Origin: Monocercomonoides exilis PA203
Taxonomy: Eukaryota > Protista > Preaxostyla
Reading direction: 5' to 3'
Length of the DNA stretch: 64,000 nt
NCBI GenBank assembly: GCA_001643675.2
Contig: LSRY02000002.1
Span: 2,356,001-2,420,000 of the forward strand
Shown here: positions 47,701 through 58,721 of the stretch, piece after piece
Numbering within the stretch: the first letter of the stretch is position 1
Layout of the letters: each line of letters begins with the position of its first letter
Position numbers and translations under genes: made by a program
Notes under the pieces: generated by a model
Told to the model about the DNA's origin: nothing
Seen by the model: the letters and a program-made list of their open reading frames with translations, nothing else
Database searches by the model: none

Positions 47701-49632
47701 GGAGGGAGTGTGAAGATTGAGAAAGGAGAGTTTGTCAATAACAATCCAGTAATTGAAGGATATCCATCGCTGAGAAGAAACATCATCTGTTCAGATTCAG
47801 GAACATTGAATGTGATGAGTTTGAAAGGAGGAGATGGATTAGAAAGAAATACTTCACTTTGGATGCTGAATGATGGATGCAATTTTGAAGGGATTGTTTC
47901 AGAAAGGGATTCATCATTTTTCATTCCCGTGTTGGAGAGTGTGGAAACAAAAGAAGAGGCAGATAGAATGAAGCTGACATTCAAAGGAATGCTTCTTGTT
48001 CCGTGCAATTTGTCATTCTCAGTTGTGAAGAAGAAGGGAGATGAGAAAGAGATTGAAAAACATGATTTTGATTCAAATGGGTTTTTATCAGAAAGAGAAG
48101 TTGAAGGAAGTGCGACAAAGGATCTCATCAGCACCTGTGGAAATGAAACAGAAGTGAGTGTGTGCATTGTGTTTGGGAATGCAGAATCTCCTTCATCAAC
48201 AAATTCATTCATTCTGAAGAACAAAAGTGAAACTGAACCAAAAGGAGATGATAGAATTGTTGAAGGAGGAAAAGAAGGAAAATCTTATTGGATGCTGATT
48301 GTGATCATCATGGCAATCATTCTCATGATTGTGCTCATTGTATCTGTTGTTTTGGCAGTTCGATGGAGAAAACAAAAGAGAAGAACAGAGGAATTAGAAG
48401 AGATTGTGAATGACAATATCAGAAAAGATCCGAAGGCATTTGAGATGGTGACGATGGAGATGTCACCTGAAGAGCAGTGGAGAAGAGCAGAGAGGGAGGC
48501 TGAGAAGAAAAATGAAGAGAGAATAAAGAAGAGGGTGTACGAGAAAAGCTTGGGACATTCTGAGTCTTCGGAACATCTTCTTTCTGAGAGTGGTTCCACT
48601 GAATACATCCTTGGAAGAGATTCAGACAAGATTCCAGAATGGATGCTGGAGAAGGTGGATGAGAAAGAAGAAGAGGAAGAGACAAGAAAACGAACTCCTT
48701 CTCCATCAATCTCATCCACTTCTACCACAGACACTTCAGACACAGACACAACATTTGTTCGCATGGAAGATGCGTGTCCAACCACTTCGTCAATGTCGAA
48801 TCTGGTGGATGCGATGGCCTGCTCTTCACCTCATGAGAAATTGATTGTGGATCTGAGGGATTCGCTGTTCATGCTGCTTCATGGGCAGAATAAGACAAAG
48901 GAGATGGCGATAGGTACTCTTCAGGAAAGAGAGATAACAGCTGCCCAGATCCTGTTCTGGGTGGTCAATCTTGCTCTCCACTCATTTGACGAAATGGAAA
49001 ATCCTCTCCAATCACTGGCAAATCTGAGCCCTCACATTATTCTCTTCTCAGAGCACATGGTTATCTGCATTGCGACGCACTCAGATTGCTCCTCTTCCGA
49101 TTCAGATTCATCTTCAATTTCTTCATCCACGATTGTTACATCTTCATCTGATTGCTCAAGAAGGAGCAAGAGATTCACAAACTCACCTCCACCTTCATCT
49201 GCCTTTGAGGATGATGATCTCAGGAAGGAGTGCATGCGATGGAAGGCGCCTGAACTGCTGATGAACAAGAAGATGGGAGCAACGAAGAAGTCAGTTGTAT
49301 TCTCGATTGGGATGATGCTGTGGGAGTGTCTGACGCTGCAGATCCCGTTTGGAGAGTATGAAGCAGAAGTAGCGGGACAAAAGATTGAGAGAGGGGAAAG
49401 ACCATGCAGCCAAGTTATCATTCAATCATCCTTCTGTGGCGTAATAGAAAACTGTATGAATAGTATTTCCCAAATGCGACCTGCACTATTTGATTTAAAA
49501 AAAGAACTTTTCCAACATTTTCCGCCTGGAGTAATGGTAGTTACAGCTTCTGATGCAATTGACATTGCTAACAATCTTGAATGCTCCGGCAGAAACAATA
49601 CAAGCAAGATCGATCCGAGTCAAAGCTGGTGA
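41797..49632 (+). CDS. Giant type-I membrane protein: beta-helix (pectin-lyase/Pmp-like) ectodomain, one TM, degenerate TKL-like kinase
   Basis: N-terminal hydrophobic signal; GGAI/GGG and FxxC repeats; TM YWMLIVIIMAIILMIVLIVSVVLAVRW; kinase C-lobe remnants RWKAPE and KSVVFSIGMMLWECLTLQIPF. Intronless 2611-aa ORF. Confidence 0.85.
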   Translation: MSIVVHIILLLFISTKSERVNLFKSSIRKTNSFFKTAFDYNTITNENAIQKREIMNKHLDQTNEKFVEKNEFKKNIVECFLQVNMICQNSTLSIDNVQINVRNNTHSIITVDNSNTELIDSAVYFEHITKEFSIVDNSILLLKNISFSSKNVQTQLSSLVAEQSLNFILNVVSCNFYSFELLSHQSFGGNQKGLCTNFELSSFFNISSAPNRNNSIKSNEQNSLSVFFNMQLNSCEFCKVDSIFYGCITWGLHARNGRLFAHNNSFVQSTSIYPHYLNPQSSKNIYNNDAIFKWNSFTNLSASYGGAIRHRGTGNIEISNCSFVNNTATVDGGTLHLSGEGVHFIKDSYVENGTAPNSWCGGIASYSGSDHVYQQITFKNCHDNNGGGGFHIRTMNISDTITQIELIGCSSMGKNESGGGGGMLIGHDIEVHLSDCLFDSCVTSTQRGGGLAFTNLYSVVDGPFGNPSISFCVFRNNSAIDIEGQDMFVSTLWKGKLTKDRVKYCRSFSVKLTSLLCVEGEEDKSAWLNGFWNPFFVDGMNGVDREICGSTTKKCGSLGYAVQFLNPDSLNHNKVFVSNQTNEINIIVENRYIEIENENLQVDKVTKIICLIDADLPFIEINEGFISFTKIQISLANVTSENSKIVKIYGESGKCNFTKCIIESSLENDKYFKSELFSITQGTIYLSESEMKSFQLSDFPLFSDSDKVICNSCIFTSIKRRRGNGSVFDVTVMEGKTFLLRNYTFDRCECHEGNGGGVNAKLTGNGEMIVNSTTIFEGCHANNLYHSQSRGGGIMIQIESDTCELSIESEVSFSVSNLNEANFGKDVFVCCNSGILLKSKVNESSFGFFEYTSIPSDVLKLCGSEDGKGEEVIPLFVYFHTIVSKLTADGNGEVALDHIYCGFEKFGCATVDYCLNNRANSTIHEIEVASETSIKCEMKVVSFNVSVSGKEERTRVPVRDEGSINQNWMIECTKSFEMCDLAFVLNEDMNGRRSAFIHSSSTVTITSCSFSFENSPLTEEKIGYNILNIEGGNLTVDGFVMEKTVTMNKVSPIIITNGVKLDIKNSRVSGVTVEGGSGEGGCIGAAIKEGGSAVVDNCSISTTCTGGGGMKGGGMMISVEDRGSLEINSVTFTGCQVPTEGNLQKGRGMGGGMFVSLADTMGSFVLEGVTFSECNAWKGKKVFISGNDLSEVMSNEKLKEELSTSDKKSLDELCGWERKTTGENGYVIPLVVYLWDNWSEKGFVSKEKGGDFSGCGFSEAPCSSIDHLISLRYEPLGKGESQISIGDSGLLSHPISFLSSLPTSPDSDDPAVVIKGTKKGTSVTITDEDGNAVSSGAMISSNVSLSFFNLSFIKPNITTQREIFIESSGTNTVLFVSNCSFGSLVGLAESFECYLIKVNGGSAAVQSCTLNKINELKGFIAFSPSTSQVTIQNVNISSATLKENSLISMTEEENQMNGNENTHLNGNKPVLKVVYCSFETIKNEGSSASVIELGSFDYAMECTIEDCTMSTCRSDLNTEGGGMKVVLKSEESVLKVNGSTFSTCRCSMESGRGGGLFIDGADTNVVYDNESQIPSLNFRFVNTLFWMNEAFAGKDIFIKCHSIEHQINETLFLLNYNQESLSSNNSICGKDVENERDVDLIPLITYYYGLHVFLNGTGADGRRCGAQSSPCSSINCAVDHIQEGVMNAILIDGEGVVSGECVIGDLNVNSYKKSQAIVRLNCKIEKSAEKDCVMEFVNECSVERCSFQFEDGFESTHNFLMKVKNGSMEIQKCEFFSFPTTTAEALKLNSSIVNVESGELKIFDSTFRDIHPTRSVLSFHEESDVTIVETRISNIKCEGDVVSVGGKAKVVMKIMAIENVSVASERCVVAMEDAEQEVSVLNCSFEKSANSVEKGSMMQIRRSKEVKVEICVFDGEKEEKEAEAVNGEQERVEKLCKWSGSLIDIENSNVEMKETTIRNSKVGGLWVSGGSVKIEKGEFVNNNPVIEGYPSLRRNIICSDSGTLNVMSLKGGDGLERNTSLWMLNDGCNFEGIVSERDSSFFIPVLESVETKEEADRMKLTFKGMLLVPCNLSFSVVKKKGDEKEIEKHDFDSNGFLSEREVEGSATKDLISTCGNETEVSVCIVFGNAESPSSTNSFILKNKSETEPKGDDRIVEGGKEGKSYWMLIVIIMAIILMIVLIVSVVLAVRWRKQKRRTEELEEIVNDNIRKDPKAFEMVTMEMSPEEQWRRAEREAEKKNEERIKKRVYEKSLGHSESSEHLLSESGSTEYILGRDSDKIPEWMLEKVDEKEEEEETRKRTPSPSISSTSTTDTSDTDTTFVRMEDACPTTSSMSNLVDAMACSSPHEKLIVDLRDSLFMLLHGQNKTKEMAIGTLQEREITAAQILFWVVNLALHSFDEMENPLQSLANLSPHIILFSEHMVICIATHSDCSSSDSDSSSISSSTIVTSSSDCSRRSKRFTNSPPPSSAFEDDDLRKECMRWKAPELLMNKKMGATKKSVVFSIGMMLWECLTLQIPFGEYEAEVAGQKIERGERPCSQVIIQSSFCGVIENCMNSISQMRPALFDLKKELFQHFPPGVMVVTASDAIDIANNLECSGRNNTSKIDPSQSW

Positions 49633-51605
49633 ATTGAATACGACCGTTTGTAGAAAAAACAATCTGAGGGAATTTCTGTTATTTGTCAACAGAAAAACCA
49701 CATTGAAACTCTCTCATTAAAATCCTTTTCATCTCACTTTTTGTATCTATCTTTTTGAGCCAAATGGTCTTTTTTATTTGAAAATTCAATTTTTGTCATT
49801 ACCGAACAGTTATTCCTTTGATGAAAATGCTTTCACATTACCAACACGAAGAATCATGTAAAATAATATTTTCATTCCTTTTTATATCAGAGAAGGAAAA
49901 TGTATAATTCATTTGAAGCTTTTAACTTTTCCTATTCAACTAGATATTGATGCCAATATGAAAGATTTATATATGCTATTCTTTTCGCTATTTCCATTAT
50001 CTCAGCTCTGAAAAATAATTAACATTGTTTCAGAAAAGGCTGAAAGTTGCACCTGGAACTTTGTTATGCTGCTGCCTTTTTCCCCCAAGAAATAGTATAT
50101 CCGAGTCATAATGACCAAAACCATTTTATAAACGTATCTACCTCATCGAAATCAAACAATATGAAAAATGAATCTATATAACAAAAATACTCATTAATTT
50201 TTGAGTTTGATATTTCCTTTAAGTGAAGTAGTATTAAGCTTCTTGTTTTTCCTTCTCTGAGTAGAATGAGTTTGAATTCACTTTTACAATGATCCATTCG
50301 AAAGTGGCATGAGTTATGATCCTGTTTTTTTGAATCCCGAGGAAGAAGAAAACGATTATATGTATATGTATATATATATATTTGAAATCAAAAATTTATA
50401 TATTTATATATTTGTTTTGTAAACATTAACTTTTTCCTGTTTCAAATTGTTATCTGCCATCAAATACTAAAATATGCTTTTTTCTTTCACAAAGAACAAA
50501 AGACAAGTGAGTTTCATGCTTTGTGCTAAATATTAGAATAAAAATCTGCAAAACATTCAATTATCTTTCCAATCTCTGCCTTAAATAATTGTTTGACATC
50601 GTTTCATATATATTTAGTGAATAATTATCTGAAAAACGATAACTTCTCTGATTTGTTCTAAATTTTGAATACTCCTTGTCCTGTAAGTATAATTGCAACA
50701 GATCTATTTATACTAATTTCATTCACGAAATTAGCCGTGCTATTAACCATTAAGAAAGCATTCAATTTCAGAAATTCATTTAAAAAATGAAGCATTCAAA
50801 CAATAGACGCATCTTTAAATCTTTGGTATAGTAGATGATGTTTAAAATTGATATTAAGCATAACTTAGTTGCAATTTAAATAGTAAGAAGTGTATTTCAA
50901 GCATTTTCACTAATATGTTGAAAGAATAAACAATGTTGTATTTTTTCTGAATTCAAATTCGCAAAGTAAACATCGCATAAGCGTTTGTGCGTTGCACCAA
51001 ATAGATCATTTTTTTCTTCTGAACTTTGATTGATATACAAAGAAAATAAAAATTTTCGATTTCAAGTTTAATATTATATAAAGATCAAATCGAAAAATAA
51101 AAGAAAAAATCCATCCATATTATATTATTTTCCATTATGTTTTATTTCATCATCATCACATATGTGGGAATATACAATGGTTTAATATACAATTCGTTTC
51201 ACTTTTTAATGAAAGGAGTGAATAACGATGATAAGATTTTTTTTCAAATTAAATCTTCGAATCATGTGTTTGAAATAATCTTTTTTGTATGAAAAAACAA
51301 TCATATTTTTTGTTTTTATATTAAATGAAAAAAATGATAGAAATCACATTTTGAGACTTTGCTTTTCGATTTCTTCATTATCTTCAATTTCTATTTTTGC
51401 TTTCGCACATTTTCTCTTTTTTCACATTGAATTTCTTTTCCAACATATGGCAGTTGATTAAAAATCATGTTCTTTTTCTTTGTTAAGAGATAGTTGATTA
51501 TCACAGAATATTTTTTTAATGAATGATCTGATACATAAAGTTATTTTGAAGCGAATTTTTTTTTCTTTTTTTTTTCATTTTTGTCTTGTTATTGTGAATT
51601 AAAGT

Positions 51606-52466
51606 ATGAAAGCTGCTTCGCTCAAGTCATTGAAAGCAATACTTATTGTCCTATGTGGTGCTTGCGCAATGGCCATTCCACTTTCATTCCTTTTGATGCA
51701 TTTTCTTCCTCGACAACTTTACCAATCATCTTTTTCACCAGAAGCATGCATTAACAATATGAATCTTTTGCGAGCATATGTTATTAGTTTGGAACGAAGA
51801 ACAGATAGAAGGCGTTATATGGCTTCTCAGCTCAAATACACCAAGCTTCCATACGAGTTCTTTCCTGGAATCGATGGAAAACTTCTGAATTCATCTGACT
51901 GCACAAACGAACGACTTTCATTTTTGAGTCGAATGCATCCTCGGACGAAATTCAATTTTACTGAAGCTTGCAAATCATTGGGTCCGTATTTCACAAAATA
52001 TGGTACTATTGGTTGCTGGCAAAGTCATCTTCAAATATATTTTGACATCGTTGAAAGGGCAAAGAAAACAGGTGTTGATGGACCCGTTCTTATTTTTGAA
52101 GATGATGCAAAGCTTCCTTCAAATATTGCTCAAGTACTTCTTCCTTTGATGTCTCAGCTCCCCGAAAACTGGGATGGACTTTTCTTGGGAAGACATCGTC
52201 ACAACTGCTCCGTTAAAGTGTCTCAAGATTTGTGCAGACTTGATTTCTTCTGGGGTGCTCATGCTTATCTTTTAAACGGAGTAAAAGCTGCAGAAAAATT
52301 GATTAATATATCCAACACTGAAATGATGCAAACAGCAGATGTTGTTTGGCTATCATATACCGGAGGCTATTTAAATTTTTATACCACAAAAGGAAGGCCT
52401 ATTGTTGTGCAAGACAATTCCATAAGATGGGAAAGCGATATTGCACCAAAAAAAGCGATCAGCTGA
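51606..52466 (+). CDS. Glycosyltransferase family 25 protein with N-terminal signal anchor
   Basis: AYVISLERRTDRR, FFPGIDGK, GCWQSHLQIY, LIFEDDA and GAHAYLL are GT25 motifs. Hydrophobic N-terminal segment; no introns. Confidence 0.85.
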   Translation: MKAASLKSLKAILIVLCGACAMAIPLSFLLMHFLPRQLYQSSFSPEACINNMNLLRAYVISLERRTDRRRYMASQLKYTKLPYEFFPGIDGKLLNSSDCTNERLSFLSRMHPRTKFNFTEACKSLGPYFTKYGTIGCWQSHLQIYFDIVERAKKTGVDGPVLIFEDDAKLPSNIAQVLLPLMSQLPENWDGLFLGRHRHNCSVKVSQDLCRLDFFWGAHAYLLNGVKAAEKLINISNTEMMQTADVVWLSYTGGYLNFYTTKGRPIVVQDNSIRWESDIAPKKAIS

Positions 52467-53019
52467 AAGGATTTTCAACTTTTATTTAAGGTTTGAGCTC
52501 TTTAATTATTTGTTGAGCGTTTTAGAAAAAAAAGTAATCATTTCAAATGGAAATTCTTTTGTTGTGTTAATTTGCAGCACTTCGTTCGTCTCATTTCATA
52601 CATTACAATTATTCTTTCTTTGCTTTTTTTTCATTTTTTTTGAAAAGCACAACCTGTTTAAACAAATAGAAAATAACATACAAAGTTATTGCAGCATCTT
52701 CATTATTCACTTATTGTTAAAAAAAACATTAAAGAAGGAAAAACCACAACAGCTATCACAAAAATTCAACTAAAAAACCACAAAAGAAAACAAAGTACTT
52801 TTCAAGTGAAAACAATAGATAAATTTCTGATGTTAAAAAAAAAGGAAATTTTTATTCTATAACAAGACAACAAGAACATTTAGAGCAAAGTTTGAATCAA
52901 TCTGAATGCTCACAGTTTTTGTTGTGCTTTACGACTTTTAAGTCTTTTCAAAAGCAGGAAAAGCTATTTTGATGCTCTCAAATTGTTCAATTCTTTTTTC
53001 TTTTTCTGTTTCTTTCTTT

Positions 53020-56000
53020 TTACATTGGGCAGCTAAGTTGAATGTCATCATCTAAATCGCTGGATGCATCTTCTTCTGTGTCATCATTTTCTATTGATTC
53101 GTCCTTTTCCTCTTTTTCCTCTTTTTCCTCTTTTTCCTCTTTTTCTTCTTTTTCCTCTTTCTCGTCTTTTTTTGATGAATCAACTTCTCCTTCTGCTTCT
53201 CCTTCTTTTTCATTTGTTTGTTCTTCTTTGTTCTTTCTTTGTGTTTCCTCCTGTTTTTGAGCATATTCTTTCTTCTCATTCTTTTTCTTTTCGCTTTCTG
53301 GTGTCTGTTTTTGCTTAGCATCCAAATCTTCTTTCTCTCCATCAACAGAATTTGTGTCTTCTATTTCCTCTTTTGGATCACTTTCATCTTTTTCGTTTTT
53401 CGTTTCTTCTTCTTCTTTCTTTTCCTTTTCTTCTTCCTTCTTTCTCTGTTGAATTTCATCTTCTTGATTTCGTTGCTCTTTCTCGTTTTTCAGCTTTTCT
53501 TCTTCTTCTCTTCTTCTTTCTTCTTCTTCTTCTTCTTGTCTCTTTCTTTCCTCTTCTTCTTTTCTTTTTCTTTCCTCTTCCTCTTTCTTTCTTATTTCCT
53601 TTTCTCTCTTTCTCTCCTCTGCCTCCTTTTTTCTCTTCTCCTCCTCTTCTCTTTTTCGTCTCTCAATTTCTTTCATTTTCCTTTTTTCCTCTTCGATTCT
53701 TCTCAATTCTTCCATCTTTTTCTTCTCTTCTTCTCTTCTTCTTTCCTTTTCTCTTTCTCTTTCCTCCTCTCTTCTTTTTTCCTCCTCTCTTCTTCCTTCC
53801 TCCTCTCTTCTTCTTTCCTCCTCTCTTCTTTTCTCCTCCTCTTTTCTTCTAATCTCCTCTTTCCTCCTCTCTTCTTCCTTCCTCCTTTCCTCTTCCTTCC
53901 TTCTCTCTTCCTCTTTCCTTCTCTCTTCCTGCTTCCTCCTCTCTTCCTCTTTCCTTCTCTCCTCTTCCTTCCTTCTCTCTTCTTCTTTCCTCTTCAATTC
54001 CCTCTCCTGCTGATCATCCCATTGTGTCTCCAGTGCCTGTCTCAGCTGCACCGAAGGGTCAATTCTTCCTATCTGATGGTGAAGCTGCTGCTGCTCGTCT
54101 GTGATGCTCGACACAATTGTGCTTAGAGTCAGTGCTGGATTGGCGACGGTTCTGTTTGCTGATGTTGAAGAATTCGAAGCAGATAAACGCGAAGAAGAAG
54201 AAGAAGAAGAAGGAGAAGGAGAATGAAGAGAAGGAGAATTGGAATATGAATTCTGAGGAATATCATTCTGCCTGTTTGATAAATAATTCTGTGATGGCAT
54301 TTTGTTGTGCTGCAGCGAGATAGTCACAGCAAGTCCAGCAGAAGTTGGCGCAGGAACATCTGCAACAGCGCGGGAGATGTCATACGCATTCGGTAGGCCT
54401 GTTGGATTGACACCTGTGGAGGGCAGGGAAGGATAAGGAGATGGCTCAGCTGATTGCATCCTCTGCTCAGCAGGGTTTGTAAGGCGCACGTGATAAAGTG
54501 GCTGGGCGAAAGCAGAAGAAGGAGTGAAGTTGCTGTCCATCTGAATCGGAGACAGGAAGAAGCGGAAGATGGCAGCAGGCGACTGAGCAGGTGCCGACTG
54601 GAGAAGAGAGTCATACACAGCGGCAAACAGAGAAGGAGCAGTCTGATGAGACAGACGAGAGAGCATCTTGAACGAGTCGTGGTGATAAGCACAGAGCGGG
54701 GCAACTGGATGGCACGGCGTCAGCTCCAGCGAAGAGAAATGGGAGGAAGACTCAGCAGCGATGTCGGAGTATGCAGAACACAACTTATGGTTTGATTGCT
54801 TAGAGTGTGGTTTGTGGTCTGTGAAGCAATACAACGTCTGTTGCTGCTGTTGCTGTTGATGTTGCTGTTCATGTAGTTGTGGTGGCTGAATCGAATGAGC
54901 TGCTGATTTGTTCTTCTGATTGCTCTGTTGCGACGCTGGTGCAAATGAGGATGCAAAGTGCGCGTCGTTCAGCAGGCACATCTCACCCCATCGCATTCCC
55001 CTCTGAATTCCTGCTGTGTCTGCCAGCTTCCTGTTCACCGTCTCCAACAGAGCAGCGTCTTCGTCTCTGCTCAGCTGCCATTTCCACAGCAGCCTCTTCT
55101 TCTGCCTCCAAAGAGGAAGAAGCTGGTCACAGTGTGTCTGCGTGGGGACAATCGAGACCCAACCCTGTGAGTTTGAGGAGGTTGGCGTGTCAGACGAGGA
55201 GAAGGAACGAGAAAGAGGGATTTGTGGATACGAGTCAATCTTTGACGTGGCTGAGGCTGTTGGTGTTGCCTTGCCAAGAGAACAGGTCAGAGCAGGCGGA
55301 TTCCAACTGCTTTGTCTGCGGCAATCCCATTCATACTCAACAGACAGTGAAGATGTAGAAGAAGAAGAAGAAGAGGAAGGTGATGGTGACGATGAAGAGG
55401 AAGAAGACGAGTTTGCAGCATTTTGAGGGTGGAGAGAAGCGAAGTTGACAGACTGTGGCAGAAGAGAGGCATTCAGCTCTGTCTTGTTTGTTGTGTGCTG
55501 AGCAGTCACAACACACAGCCTGATTGTTCCGTTTGGTGTGGCTGAGAGAAATACACTCTGTGTGTTGTGTGTAAATGGCAGGGATTCCTCGTTTGACTGT
55601 TTTGACTGAAGAGAAGAAGAAGAAGAAGAAGAAGGCGCTGTGTCGATGTGAGTTCGGCTGACAAATTGCACAGAACAGAATGAGGTGGGATGGGCAATTG
55701 AGGAAGCTGGAGAGGATGAGGAAGAGGAAGAGGAAGAGGAAGAAGATGATGATGAAGCAGATGAAGCAGGAGATGAATAAGATGATCCACGATATGAAGA
55801 AGAATCTCCAGCAGAAGCTGTGTCTGCTCCTTGAGATACGAATGGGAACCATCCACTTCCAGTTTTTGAGCTGTCTTTCTCCTTCCACTTGAGCCTGGCT
55901 GTGGAGTTGAGGACAATCGGAGGAGGGAGCGGTGAGTCAGCTGAAAGAGAATGAGAAAGAGAGAAGGGGATGCAGAAGAGGTGTGTAGTGTTGTTGGCAG

Positions 56001-58721
56001 ATGTGACTGCAAGAAAGCTGCCAGAGTTGACAGAATATGGTTCAGCCACAGACGAGCCAGGGGAGAAGCCAAAGTGAGGTGAAGGAGCAGGTGGAGGCTG
56101 AGAAGGAGATTGAGCAGATGGGCGGGCAGTTTGGCTGATTGGATCGATTGTTGGGGAGTCGACGTGCATGAACAGAGAGTCGTCGAAGGTGATGCTGCTG
56201 ATCAGCGCGCGTGTGACGCCGCGGTGGCAGATGCAAAGTGCTCGCAGGGTGAATGGAGTGGGCGGTGGGTAGAAGGAGGGAGGAGGGAAGGAGGAGGAGA
56301 AGAAGGCGATGGCAGGCTCTCTGGAAGAAATATGACGAGAGGCAGAAGAAGACGAAGAAGATGGAAGAGAGAAAGATTCGATAAGAGAAGGAGAAGACAA
56401 GTCTGAGCTGAATATGGTGTGTGCCTCAGAAGGCAGGAGTGAAGGTGCCACAATATCGTTTGAAGTGAACAGTGTTTGTGAATGTCCATTAGCTGGCTGT
56501 GCTGTTGGTGAGTCGTCCAAAAGCTGCTTCTTCTTTCTTTTTGCCCTTCGGATCTTCCACAGGCCTTCGCCGACTCCTCTCTTCCACAGCGGCAGAAGCG
56601 AAAAGACAGACACGTTTTGCCCTTCGGTGTCTGCCACAGCGACAAGCGAGGCGTCTTTGTTGAATGCAATCGCTGCAATTGGAAAGGAAGAGACGGAACC
56701 ACAAAAAAGCACAGAAAGTGTTGGGATGTCGATGATGTAGAGCGACTGAGAGAGCGAAGGAGAGGAAGAGGAAGAGGAAGAGGAGGCTGAGGAAGCACCA
56801 GAGATAGAGCGAGAATAGCCTTCTGAATTGTCAGAAGATTGCTGCATGTAATTGGATGATGTTGAAGAAGACAAAGAAGAAGTAGAAGATGGATAAGGAG
56901 AAGACGCTGAGCGTGAAGCAGACGAGGAAGGATGCTCCAGATGAGATGCCTGGTGTGGCTGTGCGAGTCTCAGGCTGTCTTCGAGTGAATGTTCCACGTG
57001 TGCTCTGTGCAGCCACATGTCCTTCTCAGCCAATGGAATGTTTGCCATCACATTGGGAAGGCATTCAATGGATGAGCGGACTGTTCCATAAGGCATCAGC
57101 AGCAGAGGAAAAGAGGCAGAATCAAAAGGAGAGGAATGGGGAAGGAACGAGAAACGGGAGATGCTGGTTGGAGGAGGGAAGGCAGGAGAGGCGAAGGAAG
57201 AGGAAATAGAAAATGATCTGTGTGATGTGTTGCGGAGGAAAGGTGAAAGAGGAGAAACTGACCAGATCTTTGCGCCTGTTGCAGCTGTGGTGTTTGAATG
57301 AAATATTAAATGTAAACATCAGATTACGATTCAATATGATATTAATAATAATAATAATAATGAAGTTCTGAATTAAAATGGATTTGTATGCAAATAAAAG
57401 ATAACATACAGACGTATTCCATTGTTTGCTCCCAAATTCCTTTTTTCTTTGCCGGCACAATCACTCCATCATCTACCTTTTCTTTGTTGTCCTGCTGAGA
57501 AGACGCTTGTGAACCTGAATCGTCTTTGCCCTTCCACAGCTTCGACATCAGCTGTGCTGCTTTGTCCTTTGTCCACTCCACGTAGCCTGACAAGGCAGAC
57601 TGCTGATGTTGATACTGATGCTGATGCTGATGAGTCTGCATCGAAGAAGAATTGCATTGCCTGCTTGGAGAATAAGGAGATGATTGGCGCAATGGAGACG
57701 ATGAAGATGAAGATGAAGACGAGGAGGATGCCATCTGTTTGGATCGTGTTTCTGAACTGCGAGAATTTTGTATGCAGATTGGAGGAGGTTGCGACAAAGG
57801 CTGAATAGGAAGAAGCTGAGGATGTGTTTGTGAAGACAATCTATGATGCAATATTAATGAATGAAAAAGCAAATAAATAAATGATGATGCTGATTATGAA
57901 TATTAAATCTACGATAAAAAGCAAACGCTATCCATCTATTTTTAAGGGCTATTGGCGGTAAAGCAAGAATGGAAGAAAGTTCATTTGGTGTTGACATCGT
58001 TAATGACATAACACAAATTGGTATTGGTAGATCCATAGCCAATGCAGACAACGCAAAGATATGCAACGAAGTTTGGAGAGACTGTAAAAATAACAATAAG
58101 TCCATTCATAAAACTCAAAAGCAATATCTTATTCACCATACAACTAATATATAGCTTTGATTTACGTGAAAACTCAAAATTGGGGAATTAAAATGAAGCT
58201 GCTTCACGCAAGTATTTGTTCTCAGCGATACAATGTGCAGTGAATAGCAATCGAAAGGCTTTATTAAAATGTTTCAAAGAATAACTGATAAGGTCAAAAA
58301 GATAGAAAATACCAATTGTTTTGTGTATGTCGAAAAGCAGATAAATGGTTTGTTTCGGAAAAATAAATCGTCATAATCGCTATTGCACGCATTAAATGGA
58401 GGAGTAAAATCAGGTAAAACCTGGAAATATGTTAACACATAAAATAGAAGAAAAGAAAAGATAAACTTTTGCCATTCTTACAGAAAATCCACTCAGTGAT
58501 AAAATTTCATGAAATTCGCCATGCCCAGTTATATCCCACATTTGAAGACCGTTTTCATATCCAAATATTGCGCATCTATGTCTAAATTAAAATTTTAGAT
58601 AAAATTTGTATTCTCAAATAAAAAAGGAAAAGATAATTCCAAACTTCGAATTTCCTATTAACATTGTATCGAACGTTGTCCATGTCAATCTGTCGAACTC
58701 CAACCGTTCGGAAGGGTTCAT
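53020..58721 (-). CDS. BCAS3 / plant ATG18f-h-like WD40 propeller protein with charged repeat tail (multi-exon)
   Basis: AIFGYENGLQMWDI, IAAIAFNKDASLVAVADTEGQNVSVFSL, CHRGVTRALISSITF, LAVTSANNTTHLF and WVSIVPTQTH..LPLW resemble BCAS3-family blocks. Confidence 0.7.
53500..54000 (-). repeat. Coding 18-bp-period EEERRK tandem repeat (single alpha-helix-like)
   Basis: KEEERRKEEERRKEEERRKQEERRK... in the translated ORF 53020-57096. Confidence 0.85.

Noticed and set aside
44691-48785. Long antisense ORFs (393 aa, 332 aa) under the receptor gene
   Set aside because: Explained by the codon bias of the sense gene; no recognisable domains.
49800-51000. Possible ncRNA hairpin (~50003-50045) or exon remnants on the minus strand
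   Set aside because: The short AT-rich stem is expected by chance, and the exon-like pieces do not join into a stop-free frame.
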